Counted from the first letter of the stretch, positions 38,603 to 51,670 are shown. The stretch: DNA of 64,000 bases from Octopus sinensis (GCF_006345805.1 NC_043005.1:58280001-58344000), one strand, 5' to 3'. The notes: generated by a model from the letters alone, not told the origin. Numbers and translations: made by a program.

Positions 38603-40233
38603 CACACGTACATACATACATACTATAGCAATGTCATAAAAAATGACAATAGCTTTATTAGTTATAGAGAATGATGCATTGATGTAAAATGACAGGTGAC
38701 ACCTTGATAAAATTCTTATCTAAATATTTGGCACTTGAACAGAGAAATATTTCATCGCTACTGAAAGACCGAGATCAGTAATTGATTGATGTGACAGTGC
38801 ATGCTGCCTACTAAAAATGAACAGTCACAATGATATATATGTGTATATATATATATTTCTATATGCAAGCTCTTAGACACCATTGTCATTAACAATGACA
38901 TTGTTTTCGACTTTTAACATTTTTCACTGGGCCACTGCATACTTGGTAACTATCGGCCAACATAGGTTTCATTGATTTCTTGTCATCAACCCCAAAATTT
39001 AGACATATATCAAATGCATGATTGAAAATGTAAACAGTGCCATTATCAAATACTTCTTTATTATTGGATATATTTGTCCTTTCAATCCAAGCATATGTGC
39101 TGACAGTGTTGAAATGTTTTTTTCTTTTGTAATAATGTGGAACAACCAGTAACTTTAATAACACTGTAACACGATTTTTGTCCTTGGGTTAAAGATAAAG
39201 GGTAAAGACCCCCTTCAATCATGAACGGCCATGAGATTGCACCTAGAAAGTTCCCCTCCAAGGCACAAGTCTGGGCAAGGTTGTTTGTGGAAGATCAGCA
39301 GTCGTCATGCATACTAGCCTCTCCTCTCTTATTTCTTTATTGTCCACAAGAGGCTAAACATAGAGGGGACAAACAAGAATAGACAAAGAGAGTAAGTTGA
39401 TTAGAACGACCCCAGTGCATAATTGGTACTTAATTTATCGACCCTGAAATGAAGAAAGGCAAAGTCGACCTCAGCGGAATTTAAACTCAGAACATAATGG
39501 CAGATGGAATACTGCTAAGCATTTCGCCCGGCATGCTAATGTTTCTGCCAGCTCACTGCCTTTCCTCTGTATGCCAGCCTCTCCTCTGTATGCCACCAAT
39601 GTTATCCAAGAGAAAGGCAAAAGCTGATACAGCTCGACACCAGTGACATCACAACTCATTTCTATGTCTGAGTGAACTGGAGCAATGTGAAATAAAGTAT
39701 CTTGCTCAAGAACACAACCTTTTCTGAGAATCGAACTCACTACCTTATGATTGTGAGCCCAACACTCTAACTACTGGGTAACAACTGTTATTTCCTATTT
39801 GTTTATCCCTAGAAAGTATGAAAAATGGCTAATATTTTGTTCAAACTTTACTTTTGTTACATTTATTCAAACCCCACAGAATCTCTCTCAACACATAGCT
39901 ATTATGTTCCTTCACTGACCCTGCTCATGATCAGCAATGCACATGTTGTCAGCCACTAAGAGACATGCTCAAGTGGTTATGGTCAAGCAACTGACAAGCA
40001 AATTTGTGATATTGAGCAGAATATTTGCTATAATGATATTTCAGCTTCAGTAATTCAATACTGAATCTGTCTGAAATGTAATGGAAAACAGGTCAGTTTC
40101 AAAACATTGATGTCCAGGTCACAAAAGCAAGATTTGAAGGGAATAGTAGTCATTTCTTTTGATTTCTAGATTGGAACAAATAGAAAAAACACTTACTGGG
40201 CAAAGACAAATATAAATTAAAATTTTGTTACAT

Positions 40234-40636
40234 AGGCGCAGGAATGGCTGTGTGGGAAGTAGCTTGCTTACCAACCACGTGGTTCCGGGTTCAGTCCTAC
40301 TGTGTGGCACCTTGGGCAAGTGTCTTCTACTAAAGCCTCGGACCAACACAAAGCCTTGTGAGTGGATTTGGTAGACAGAAACTGAAAGAAGCCCATCATA
40401 TATATATGTCTATATGTTTGTGTGTTTGTGTTTGTACCCCCAATATTGCTTGACAACTGATCGATGCTGATGTGTTTACGTCCCTGTAACTTAATGGTTC
40501 GCCAAAAGAGACCGATAGAATAAATACTAGGCTTACAAGGAATAAGTCCTGGGGTCAGTTTGCTCGACAAAAGGTGGTGCTCCAGCATGGCCGCAGTCAA
40601 ATGACTGAAACAAGTAAAACCGTAGAGTAAAAGAGT
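40234..40636 (+). mobile_element. SINE family A copy
   Basis: Full family A motif set. Confidence 0.85.
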
Positions 40637-40897
40637 AGTGTAATGTATGACATTTACTGCAAAGTAGGTTAGTTTGAGAGTTAATGCTGCACTAATTGTT
40701 TAGTCTTTTTTTCCCAAGATATTTTCAACTGTATACGGATCCTTTTGTATTGACCTTATTCATAGGTTTTTAAGTAAATCTTTATATTCAATAATGAGAA
40801 TATTTAAAGAAAGTAAATATTTATTGAAAATTACTTACACTCACATTTCAATTATCCTTCTATAGTCAATGTTAATGGCAGCATATGTATGTATATA

Positions 40898-41290
40898 TGA
40901 GGGGAATTCAAAAATTATCTGCACTTTCACCACAACATATCATTATTATTGTCGCACTGACTCCTGCACATATATGCTTATAGTTGGTACTATTGTGGTC
41001 ACGTGATCGAAGTTCAAGACTGATCGTGCCATTTTCCTTCCTAGCTCTACAGTGTAAGCATGACCACTCCACTAGCAATCTGCACCAAAGAAGAATAAAG
41101 AGCAATGATCTGATTTCTCTGGAAAAGGGGTGTACGATCAACAGTGCAAGACACAGTGCTTTGTTGGTTAACAAACTGGAGCCAGCAATTCGCACCAATC
41201 GCCGAAACCTATTGTTGAAGAAAGTTTTGTTGTTGCATGACAATATACTCAAAATTGTTTATGATGTCATCAATTTCCTACGGATAAAGA
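40898..41290 (+). mobile_element. Mariner fragment (left TIR plus internal catalytic-domain piece)
   Basis: TA-tgaggggaattcaaaaattatctgcac TIR-like start; LEKGCTINSARHSALLVNKLEPAIRTNRRNLLLKKVLLLHDN. Confidence 0.7.
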
Positions 41291-41508
41291 TGTGTGTGTG
41301 TGTGTATATGCAATTTATATATGTACATATGTGTATGTATATATATGTATATATATGTATATATATATATGTATATGTATATATATATATATTATATATA
41401 TATATATATTATATATATATATATATATATATGTATACTGGAGTAAACACATAAATGTGAAACAAGGTGGAAAAAAGAGTACTCAAATACCAGGGGTAGA
41501 GTAATATG

Positions 41509-41583
41509 CTTTATTTAAAAGCAGCAGAAATTCAACAAAACCTGTAACAGGTTTTGTTGAATTTCTGCTGCTTTTAAATAAAG
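41509..41583. repeat. Perfect 37-bp inverted repeat with a 1-nt loop
   Basis: ctttatttaaaagcagcagaaattcaacaaaacctgt-a-acaggttttgttgaatttctgctgcttttaaataaag. Confidence 0.97.
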
Positions 41584-41615
41584 TATATATATGTATACAT
41601 ATATATATATGTATG

Positions 41616-41676
<61 letters not shown>

Positions 41677-43379
41677 ATATATATGTATGTATATATATAT
41701 AACATATACATATATATAAGGAGGAAAACAATTAATTTTAAATCTCTGAGTGAGAAATAAGTAGTAACAGTACTACAGAATAAAGTTTATTTGCCAACAT
41801 GAAGTGGCAGTTCTGATTAGAATGGTGTTACTACCTTTTAGCCCCAGGAAAACATCTTTTCCAGCTGGCTATTGATGCACAATATATATATATATATGTA
41901 TGGGAGAGAGAATGAGAGAGAGAAGCACTCTTATTCTCAAGTGCTAGACAAAAACTTCTTAAAGGCAATAACATAGATATTAATTCATATTTTATTTCAT
42001 TCCATCTTAATACTAAAACTCTAGAGATGCTTGTGTGTACCTGAAATATTTCAGAAATAGTATATTTTATCTTAATTTTGTTTTGTATATTTATTTTCAT
42101 ACTTACCTTCGGCAGTGCAGTACAAATTTTTGTGATATCTGAACTCTATTTATTAATGAGAATGATTAAACACAATTTTTGTTCGTTATTTTTTGACGAA
42201 AAAATACATGGCTTCCATGATGTCATCACACATACAGAATACACACACATATAATGAATGTCATAATGTGTCAATTGACTCAAACACATGTCCACTATCT
42301 GTGACATATACACACATAGTCTTCTGGACTTCAAACTCTCTAAGAAAAAACAACATTGACTTTTTGACGTACACATTATTCTAATCATTTAGAAATATTT
42401 TTAACTGAATGTGATTTCAAAAATGTAAGTTGTTTGTACAGTAAGTATTTATATTTTAGCTTTCTTTAAACACACAATATCTTAATGTTTTTTTTAAAAT
42501 TATTTTAAAGTGAATGGCAAGTTCGTTAATTTCTGTAAAAATTTTCTTATTTATTTACTTTTGTTTTAAAGTGAAAGAGAGGAGAAAGTTAAAGATGTAT
42601 GTACATGCATATGAAATGAAGGTATGCGTGTGAAAGAGAGAGAGAAAGGAAGAGTGAGAGAGAAAATGAGCGAGAGAGTGAGTGAAGGGTGTGTTGTCAT
42701 ATATATGTACTTACATCAATACATATGCTTACATCATTTTTCTATGTATGTGTGTGTGTGAGAGAGAGAGTGAGTGAGTGAACATGTATGTTCTCATGTA
42801 TGTGTAAGTGGCACTCTCTCACTCTCTCATATACACACATACGCACGTCCATTTCATATACACGTTCTTACATCTTTCATTTTCTCCTCTCTTTGACATT
42901 AAAACAAAAGTAAATAAATAAAAAAATTTTACATAAATTAACGAGCAAAACCAGCTGATCCGGATGACAATTCTGAGAGTCAAAGTGAAAGATTGCCCCA
43001 AGGGATTACCATTACAAAAATCTTTTTTTGGACACAGTATACAAATAGAATACAAAAATGTATAGGTATATTACATACTAAGGAAAGATATAAGTTCCTA
43101 TATCCAAATGTGTGGAGGGAAACTGTATAGGGAGACATAGATAAAGTGATGGCCCTATATATAGTGGGTCATGCATTTGTCAGAAGGAAATGTTAAATAA
43201 AAAACATACAAAGATAGTATAAGATATAGTAATGTACAGGTGATGTGATGAGTAATTACATTTCATATTAAAAGGTAATATATAGATATATTTTTTTTAA
43301 AATATCAAACTAAGCAAAAGGTGAGTGAAGAGTTATTTTAGATTAATGAATAAGAATTTGGTCATGTGTTTACATGAGA

Positions 43380-45730
43380 AAACTTTTTATCCCTAGTAGT
43401 AACCTAATTTCCATTCATTCTCATTATGTTATAGCTTTCTTCTAAACATAACCTACAAATTTTATTATTATTTCTATAAGAGGGGGAAGAAGATAGGATT
43501 TTCCAAGAAATGGAGAAATTAATATTGTTTCTTTTGAGGTGCCAAATTCTGTTAGACAGTCCTGTACGATTCTCTTTTCGATGGTCCCTAAAAGAAGATT
43601 TATGGTTAGAAATTCTTGATTTAATTGAGTTTTGGGTGCAACCTATGTATATGTATCTAGAGGAGTCCTGAGTTATAATAGTTGCTTGGTATACAACTTC
43701 TTTCATTTTACAATTTCTATCTACTTGACAGGCAACAATCATAATTTGAATTTGTGGGTGGTGTAGTGGTGTTATATCTCTATTTTGTTGGATTAATAGA
43801 GTTATGGTTATTAGCAGTATTGTTGTTAATTGTAGGATTATAAGATGTATTATTAATAGTATTATTATTGGAGGTACTAGGTACAGTTTCAGTTAGTTTT
43901 TTTTATTATAGTTTCTTATTGTTAAAAGAAGAAATTATCCTAAAAAGATTTGGAGAAACAGAAAATCCAAATCTAATTATTTTATTATTAAATATTTTAG
44001 CATATTTAGAGTTTTTGAAGTTTTTATTAATTATCATTCTAATGGCTCTAATAAAATTAGATTTTAAATGTCTGGCAAAAGGGATTATAATCCAAGTAGT
44101 ATTATTGTTGTTTGCTATATTAAAAGTTTGGGTCACCTTTTCTAATACAATGTATTGGTTTCTTTTTCACTATTTTATTCCCATCCTTATTAATTTCAGT
44201 GCTATGGTTATGCATGTTATTGAAGTAATTTGGCATGCTTAGATTATTCTTTTTATTTCTGTTTACTGGCTTAATGTTCTTATTTTTATCTTTAATTATA
44301 TAGTTGTGGTGTTTGTTGTCGATATTCCTAGGTTTATTTATATTAGTGTGGTTAGGAAGGCGGTAATTGCTAAAATTTATTTTATTTTTTTCCTTAGTAA
44401 AATTTCGGTTGTGGTGCTCATATTGGTTATATTTTTTAGTATAGTTATTGTAGTGATGTTTGTTTTTTTTTGCTGATGTTATATTTATGACTCTTAATGA
44501 GAGTTTAATTCGTCAGATGACTTTCATTCACTAATATTATCTATGTTGTTTGTTTCATGATTATGTCTGATATGATTAGTACTAGTGTTGTCGTTTTTAT
44601 TATACTTAATTTCATATTTACATTCTGCCTTCTTAAGTATCAGGTTAAAATAGTCCTTATGTTTGTTAAATATTTTCTTGTCAGATGATAGTAGATTTAT
44701 TCCTCTCTTTATGGTAGTGGTCAGGGTTTCTATAATGTTATAGGGGTGGTTGCTGTGCACATTTATGTATGTAATATTGGTGTTAGGTTTAGTATAAGGT
44801 TGGTGGGTATAGAAGTATTAAAGTTGATGTTGATGCCTAGGAAGTTAACAGAGTTGTTATTATTTTCAATGGTAATAGATAGTCCTTGGTTTTTAAAAAA
44901 GGTATGTAGTCTTTTTTGTGTAGAGTTCTAGTTTTCTATTAGAGATTCCTAACTAAGAATAGAACATCATCCTGGTATAATCCACCTTCTAATTCAGGGA
45001 ATTCTTTAGATTTGTGCAGTAGGTATATTCTGACTAAGTTGGTTACTTCTGCGGAGTTTTGTGCGCCCGTGGGTACATCAAAGCAGTCTGGTGTGTCTTT
45101 CCTGGTCCAATATTTTCCTTCATGTAATATTACAGTCTTTCGAGCTTCAAGTATAATTTTAATTTCTTTCATAGATAATTTAGTTCTAAGTGCCTTATTT
45201 AGTAAAATAGGGTTAATAGATTGATAATAGTTGTTAATGTCCAGTTGAATGAATTTACATTTTTTTATTGTGTAAATTAGTGAACCAGTTAATTGCATCT
45301 AGTGCTTTTGGCCTCAGGTGGAATTTTATTTTCGATTTAAGTGACTGTAGGTATTTGTCTATAATAATTTTGATGAGTTTTCCTAGGTCAGATTTGCAAG
45401 GGCAGATGAGCCTTACCTTTAGATCAATGTGAAAGCTAGGTTTGTGGTCTTTTAGGTTAATTCTAGGTTTAGATGGTTCATAAACTTCAGTTATGTCGTC
45501 AATTCCATATTCACTCATTATTTCTTTGGCTTCAATATTAATGGATTTAAGAACATCTTTCTTTATTATCTTATATTTTTTTGTAATTTCTTTGTGTAAG
45601 AGATTATGGTATAGATCTACATCTACGTTGAATAGATTTCCAGTTTTGTCAGCCTGTACGATGATACCTTTCAATTTTTGAAGTTCATTAACTTTATACT
45701 TCAAATTATGTAGGTGTTTATTCCTGAGAA
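43380..45730 (-). pseudogene. Penelope-like retroelement ORF remnant: RT plus C-terminal GIY-YIG endonuclease
   Basis: IIVQADKTGN, LKDHKPSF..VRLICPCKSDLGK, FIQLDINNYYQSI, FDVPTGAQNSAEVTNLV, GGLYQDDVL, VNFLG, SNHPYNII, WIIIPF..KIFN, VVYQA..YIYIGCTQNSIKSRISNHKSSF..W..LK..ISWKIL..CRLCLEE; several frameshifts. Confidence 0.9.
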
Positions 45731-47244
45731 TATGGATATATAAATATATATATACATACATACAGAGAGACAAAGATAGCGAGTAAGAAGCCATTATGTA
45801 TGAATTATATACATATATATATATTTGTATATCTATCTGTCAGCCTGTCTATGTATCAACCTGTCTGACTATCTATCTCTCTATATATATATGCATATAA
45901 GTATACACACACACACACACACATATTGGGTTGATTTTTTCAAATAAAGGTGGTGCTCCAGCATGACTGCAGTGAAATGACTGAAACAAGTAAAAGAAAG
46001 GACAAATATATATATATATTTAAGTATACATATGTATACATACATATATACATACATACAGGTATACATGTACATACATACACACATACATACATACATA
46101 CATACATTCATACATATGTACATACATAGATACATTCATTCATACATACATACATACATACATACATACATACATACATACATAAATACATACATACATA
46201 CATACATACATACATACATACATACATACATACATACATACATACATACATACAAGTATACATATGTACATACATAGATACATTCATTCATACATGCGTA
46301 CATACACACATACACACACATGACATATCAAATAGCTTTGAGATACAAATATAGGTTGAGAGAAAGAGGTGGAATATGTAATATTATAATGCAGGAATAA
46401 AAATAATGAAAAGTAAATGAAACAATATATTCAATACAATTTAAAGTATTAAAAGGTAAAAAAAATATAGGTAAAAATAAATGCATAATAGAAATTATAA
46501 TTAAGAAAATACATTGACAAAATATAAGCATAGTTAAAATTTATATTTGATGTACATTTAAGGAATTTGGGATGTATGAAGGTGAATAAAACTACAGTAG
46601 CCAAGAAATAATTATAAAGTAAATATAAATATTAAATTATATATCTTTTTTTTCTTTTGCTGATGAATGATACATATTAATTTATTTATCAAAGAATATT
46701 TGAAATATTTGCAGTTCAAATCCTCTCAAAAAGAATAATGGTCGTGTTGAAATTCTGAAATTTGCTTTGGCTTCTTATTCAAGTAGTTAAAAATTCCTTT
46801 TGTCAGAATATGAAATTTCTCTGTTAAGTAGTGTTGACATATGTTTGATCCATTATAGTGGAAAATGATATTTTGAGATGTGTTTAGACAATGTTGAATT
46901 TCTGTTTTCTAGCTGTGAAAAGGTTAAAAGAGGTTGCATGTGTGTGTGTGTGTACACACGTATATACATGTGAACCAACTGTGTAATGGAGAAACTTTGT
47001 AACAGGCTTTAATATAAATAAACTACTACATCTTACTTCAAGATTAAGTATTTTTCTCTTATTTCTTAAAACCAAAGCACAAACACATACACAAAGATAC
47101 ATATACAGCAAAATTATATATAATGTTATTTTTGATATTCTGGTTAATTACGATGTATTTATTGTTTTTCATAAGAGTGTTTATGTATATGAGATTGGTT
47201 GTGAGTTTTTAATTGTATAATTAATTTATTTATCTGTATGAGTG

Positions 47245-48282
47245 TGGGTGTAAATATTGTTGTATATATCGAGTTTTTAGTGAGTATGTATATGCGTATA
47301 TGTGAGGGAGCATATGTATCTGTTTGTGTGTGTGTGTTTTGCGTGTGTGTGTGTTTGTGTGTGAATGTGGATTTGGGTTTGTTATTTAGGATTTGGGATG
47401 TATGTGTTAATTGTCTGTGTGTGGAGGGAGTGGTTTTTGGTGTATATTGAGGTTTATAAGTTAGTATAGGTTTGTGTATAAGTCTTGGGTCTGTGGTTTA
47501 CGTGTGAGTTTTTGTGTGTGTGATTTTAGGTTAGGGGGATTGCTATATAAGTTTGTTATAGGGTTTAGCAAAGGGAGATTTTATCGTTATATGCTTTTAT
47601 GAGTTTTGTTTTATCATGGTTTTTTTAGGTAATTCGTGGTATTTGTCTATTTTAGGTGTTGGTTATTTTTTTACATTGTTTCATTCATAATTTTTGAGTG
47701 GTGTTCGTTTTGCCACGTGAATAACCGGGTGGTGGACTAGCGTTGCTTGGAATGTGAATGGAATAGTGTAGTAGTGAGGTAGGCATAGAGAATGGGATTG
47801 GGTTACTGTAAGTTGTTTGTTAGAGATGCTAAGGTGAGTTAAAGCTCATAAATGTATATAATGTGTTTTTTGGGTGTGTAAGTATTGTTGTATATGTCGA
47901 GTTTAGTGAGTATGTATAGGCGTAATGTGAGGGAGTATATGTATCTTTTGTGTGTGAGTGTTTTGCGTGGGAGTGTGTTTGTGTGTGATTGTGTATATGG
48001 GTTTGTTATTTAGGTTTTGGGATGTATGTGTTAATTTGTCTGTGTGGGGAGGGAGTGGGTTTTGGTGTATATTGAGGTTTATAAGTTAGTATAGGTATGT
48101 GTTATAAGTCGTGAGTCTGTGGTTTACGTGTGTGTATTTGTGGTGTGAATGTTTAGGTTAGGGGGTTTACTTTATAGGTTTGTTATAGAGTTTAGCAAAG
48201 GGAGATTTTATCGTTATATGTTTTTTAAGAGTTTTGTTTTTTATCATGGTTTTTTTAGGGAATTCGTGGTAATTAGTCTATA
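47245..48282 (+). repeat. Two ~410-bp G/T-skewed direct repeats (47245-47653 and 47871-48282), probably PLE-related
   Basis: Colinear shared blocks such as ggtgtatattgaggtttataagttagtatagg and tttagcaaagggagattttatcgttatatg; C-poor plus strand, like the PLE linker at 44300-44500. Confidence 0.8.
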
Positions 48283-48400
48283 TTTTCGATATGGATTATA
48301 TTAGTTATATATGGATTATATACTTATATTTTTTCATTTATACTTTAATTATTTATAGTATATTTTTATATTTTAAAATTTTGATTTTTAGATTGGAAGT

Positions 48401-48443
48401 CCACCTGAAGATTGTCGATCAAGACAAGAAACGATTGTAGTGG
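48401..48443 (+). ncRNA. Intact minimal type I hammerhead ribozyme motif
   Basis: CCAC CTGAAGA TTGTC GATCAA GACAA GAAA CGATTG TA GTGG: all core nucleotides present, stem I 4 bp, stem II 5 bp, near-palindromic stem III, GUA cleavage triplet (cut after 48439). Confidence 0.85.
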
Positions 48444-48797
48444 CGGTTTTTTTGACTATTTATTAAATTTTATGATGATTAAGTCTTTCCTTGTTTGTTT
48501 TGCAAATAGTGGTTTTGTCTCAAATAATATTTTAATATTTTACTATAAAATTGGATTTAATCCTAAATCTGATTTTTTTTCCCTGTAATTTGGATATATT
48601 CCCTAATATTTATTATATATATATATATATATAGTTATCGCCATACTAATATGGCAGTCTTATAAATATAAGACTAAAGCTGTTGCTGATTAGCTCCATG
48701 AGGCCACCGCCTCTAGCTAGCTATTTGACACACAACCTGCATCCATTATAAACCTTCGAACAGGGGAGGTCAGCCACTTCGTCCTGCCAGTCAGACA

Positions 48798-48840
48798 GCT
48801 GCAGACATGTTTCAGGATATTTGCCCTTTATCAATGCAGC
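48798..48840 (-). ncRNA. Type I hammerhead motif with U3-A8 core variant
   Basis: Minus strand reads GCTGCA TTGATAA AGGG CAAATA TCCT GAAA CATG TC TGCAGC: stem I 6 bp, stem II 4 bp, palindromic ACATGT stem III, GUC triplet. Confidence 0.75.
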
Positions 48841-48889
48841 GTAGTCAGACCCAGCAGGTGTCGCTACTGACTGTCCCTGTTCGAAGAAT

Positions 48890-48937
48890 CTATTTACCTA
48901 GTTTCAGTGGAATACATCCACTTGTTTTCAATAATAG
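48890..48937 (-). ncRNA. Second hammerhead-like motif with an expanded U3-A8-type core
   Basis: Minus strand reads CTATT A TTGAAAA CA AGTGGA TGTAT TCCACT GAAA CTAGG TA AATAG: perfect stems I and II, three extra core nucleotides. Confidence 0.5.
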
Positions 48938-49163
48938 AAATATTAAAATTACTAAGTCTCTCTAAAGGAGATTATGGCAGCGTTACTGGAAATTAATAGT
49001 TATCACCATACTAATATGGCAGTCTTATATTTATATTTGTGTACCATTTCTCTGTTTTATCCGTCCTAGTATTTATATATTAGTATGGCGATAACTATTA
49101 ATTTCCAGTAATGCTGCCGTAATCTCCTTTAGAGAGACTTAGTAATTTTAATATTTCTATTAT
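48931..49163. repeat. 87-bp inverted repeat (48931-49017 / 49077-49163), 3 mismatches
   Basis: Aligned by eye; the spacer is an inverted copy of about 49420-49470. Confidence 0.95.
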
Positions 49164-50047
49164 ATATATATATATATATATAAAAGAATACAAAAATTTG
49201 GACAAGAACACAACAGGTGACAGTAAGACATCCAGACAGATGATACAAAAAGGGACAAGAAAATACAAGGACAGGTCATTTGGAGTTTTCTTACATCAGT
49301 CGAGTTCCAGATTATCTTTGCAGTTTCAGCTGATTATACTCAAGACTGCTCCAATCTGGCCTGCTCCAAGGAAAATCTAGGCTAAGAGCACTAGATATCT
49401 TGGAAGAAAGCAGCGACTGTATATAAAAACTAGGATGGAAAAAACAGAGAAATGGTACACAAATACAAATGCAAACAACAGGACATTAACGACAAGTGTC
49501 GTTCAACTAAGGATGAATTAAATTAAGCTGGTATGTGTGGAAAGTGAAGCCTTATGGCAGGGATACAAGAGATGACAAGCATGGAAGAAATATAGATGTT
49601 GCACGGATAGTAGTCGAACCAAGAAAGAAAGGTCAGGCTTCGCCGAACACTGGTCACATGGAAGGAGAGAAGAGAGGTAAAGGCAGAGGGATAGAAGAAT
49701 TAGAGAGGGACAAGAAAAAAGCAAAGACACAGAATGAAGTGAAGGGGAGATGAAGGTGAGAATGAAGGGAAGGCCAGGAAATGTGAGAGAGGGGAGCGAA
49801 GTAGAAGAGTGGAAAGAACAAAATGAGTGTGAAGGGGCTGAAAGAATGGAAGAATGAAAGAATAAGAGAGTCATTCAAAATTTCTATATATATATGTGTG
49901 TGTGTGTGTCTGTGTATGTGTGTGTGTACATACATATAAGGGAACAAACTGTGCATACGCAACTATATGTATATAAAAAAGAAGGCAAAAAATGGGACAA
50001 GAACTCAACAGGTGACAATATATATGTATCTCTCTATACATACATAC

Positions 50048-50094
<47 letters not shown>

Positions 50095-50201
50095 CATATA
50101 TGCATATATACGTATGCATATATAAACTCCACATACATACCAACATACACTCATAGGTACATTCCTATGTATGTTCATACGAATGTACGTATGTATGTGT
50201 G

Positions 50202-50235
<34 letters not shown>

Positions 50236-50714
50236 TGTATATATGAAGGTATATGCATTCTCAAATGCATGTGCAGCATATACAGATATATTCATTTATC
50301 TAGTTTACATTCATTTTTTTTTCTTATGTTTGTCTATGTTGCCATCATGAAAAAGTTAAGGCATTAAAAACGTTGATACATATATCTAAACCCAAATACA
50401 AAATGTAGATTCTAATTAAAAAAATGAATTAATAAATTATAAAAAATAAATTATCCAAAATTAAAATTAAATCTAAACTGAAGGAATTTGGGAAGTAAAA
50501 GGGAGAGGTTCAGGGGCCAGCAACACTATAGAAGGAATGAAATGATTTTAGAGACCCTTTTGTGCTACCAGCTTTTACTTCTTTTTGAACTAAGGAATGC
50601 AATGCTTTTTTTATTCTGCTGGTATTTGAAAGCAAGAGACTACAGGGTGCATTGTTTATAATGTTCATAGTGTTTGTATCTTGTTTTTGCTCAGACATAT
50701 TTTCTTACAAGAAT

Positions 50715-50736
50715 GCTGCGTCTGTCTGTCTATCTG

Positions 50737-50811
<75 letters not shown>

Positions 50812-50864
50812 GTATCTATCTATCTATCTATCTGTCTATCTATCTATCTATCTACCTATCTATA

Positions 50865-50918
<54 letters not shown>

Positions 50919-50988
50919 AATATACATGTGTGTGCGAATGTGTGTGTATTTGTACCTAACTGTCTGTCTGCTTGTCCGCTTGTTTGTT

Positions 50989-51022
<34 letters not shown>

Positions 51023-51117
51023 TCTATCTATTTGTATATATGTTTATGTGTACTGTTTGCTTGTCTGTCTTTCTATCTCTACATGATATACACACACACA
51101 CACACACATATATATAC

Positions 51118-51160
<43 letters not shown>

Positions 51161-51628
51161 TGGCACCTGTGCAGGTGGCACTTAAAAAACACCCACTACA
51201 CTCGCGGAGTGGTTGGCGTTAGGAAGGGCATCCAGCCGTAGAAACACTGCCAGATCTGACTGGGCCTGACGAAGCCTTCCAGCTTCACAGACCCCAGTTG
51301 ACCCGTCCAACCCATGCTAGCATGGAAAACGGACGCTAAACGATGATGATGATGATGATGATATATATCTGTGTGTCTGTCTATCTATCTATCTGTCTCT
51401 CTCTCTATCTATCTATCTATCTATCTATCTGTCTGTCTGTTTATATGTGTGTTTACGTCTGTCAGTTTTTCTATCTGCCTATCTGTAAATATATGTATGT
51501 GTGAGTGTATATGTCTGTGTCTATGTGTATCTATCTCTCCATCCATCCATCCATCCATCCATCCATCCATCCATCCATCCATCCATCCATCCATCCATCC
51601 ATCCATCCATCCATCCATCCATCCATCC

Positions 51629-51669
<41 letters not shown>

Positions 51670-51670
51670 A
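50715..51670. repeat. (TATC)n, (TGTC)n, (TA)n and (CATC)n microsatellite cluster
   Basis: Directly visible; an RTE-like 3' end sits inside at about 51160-51360. Confidence 0.9.

Noticed and set aside
49300-49360. Minus-strand ccagatt..GAAACTGC..aatctgg structure
   Set aside because: Folds as a simple hairpin with no CUGANGA in the right place.
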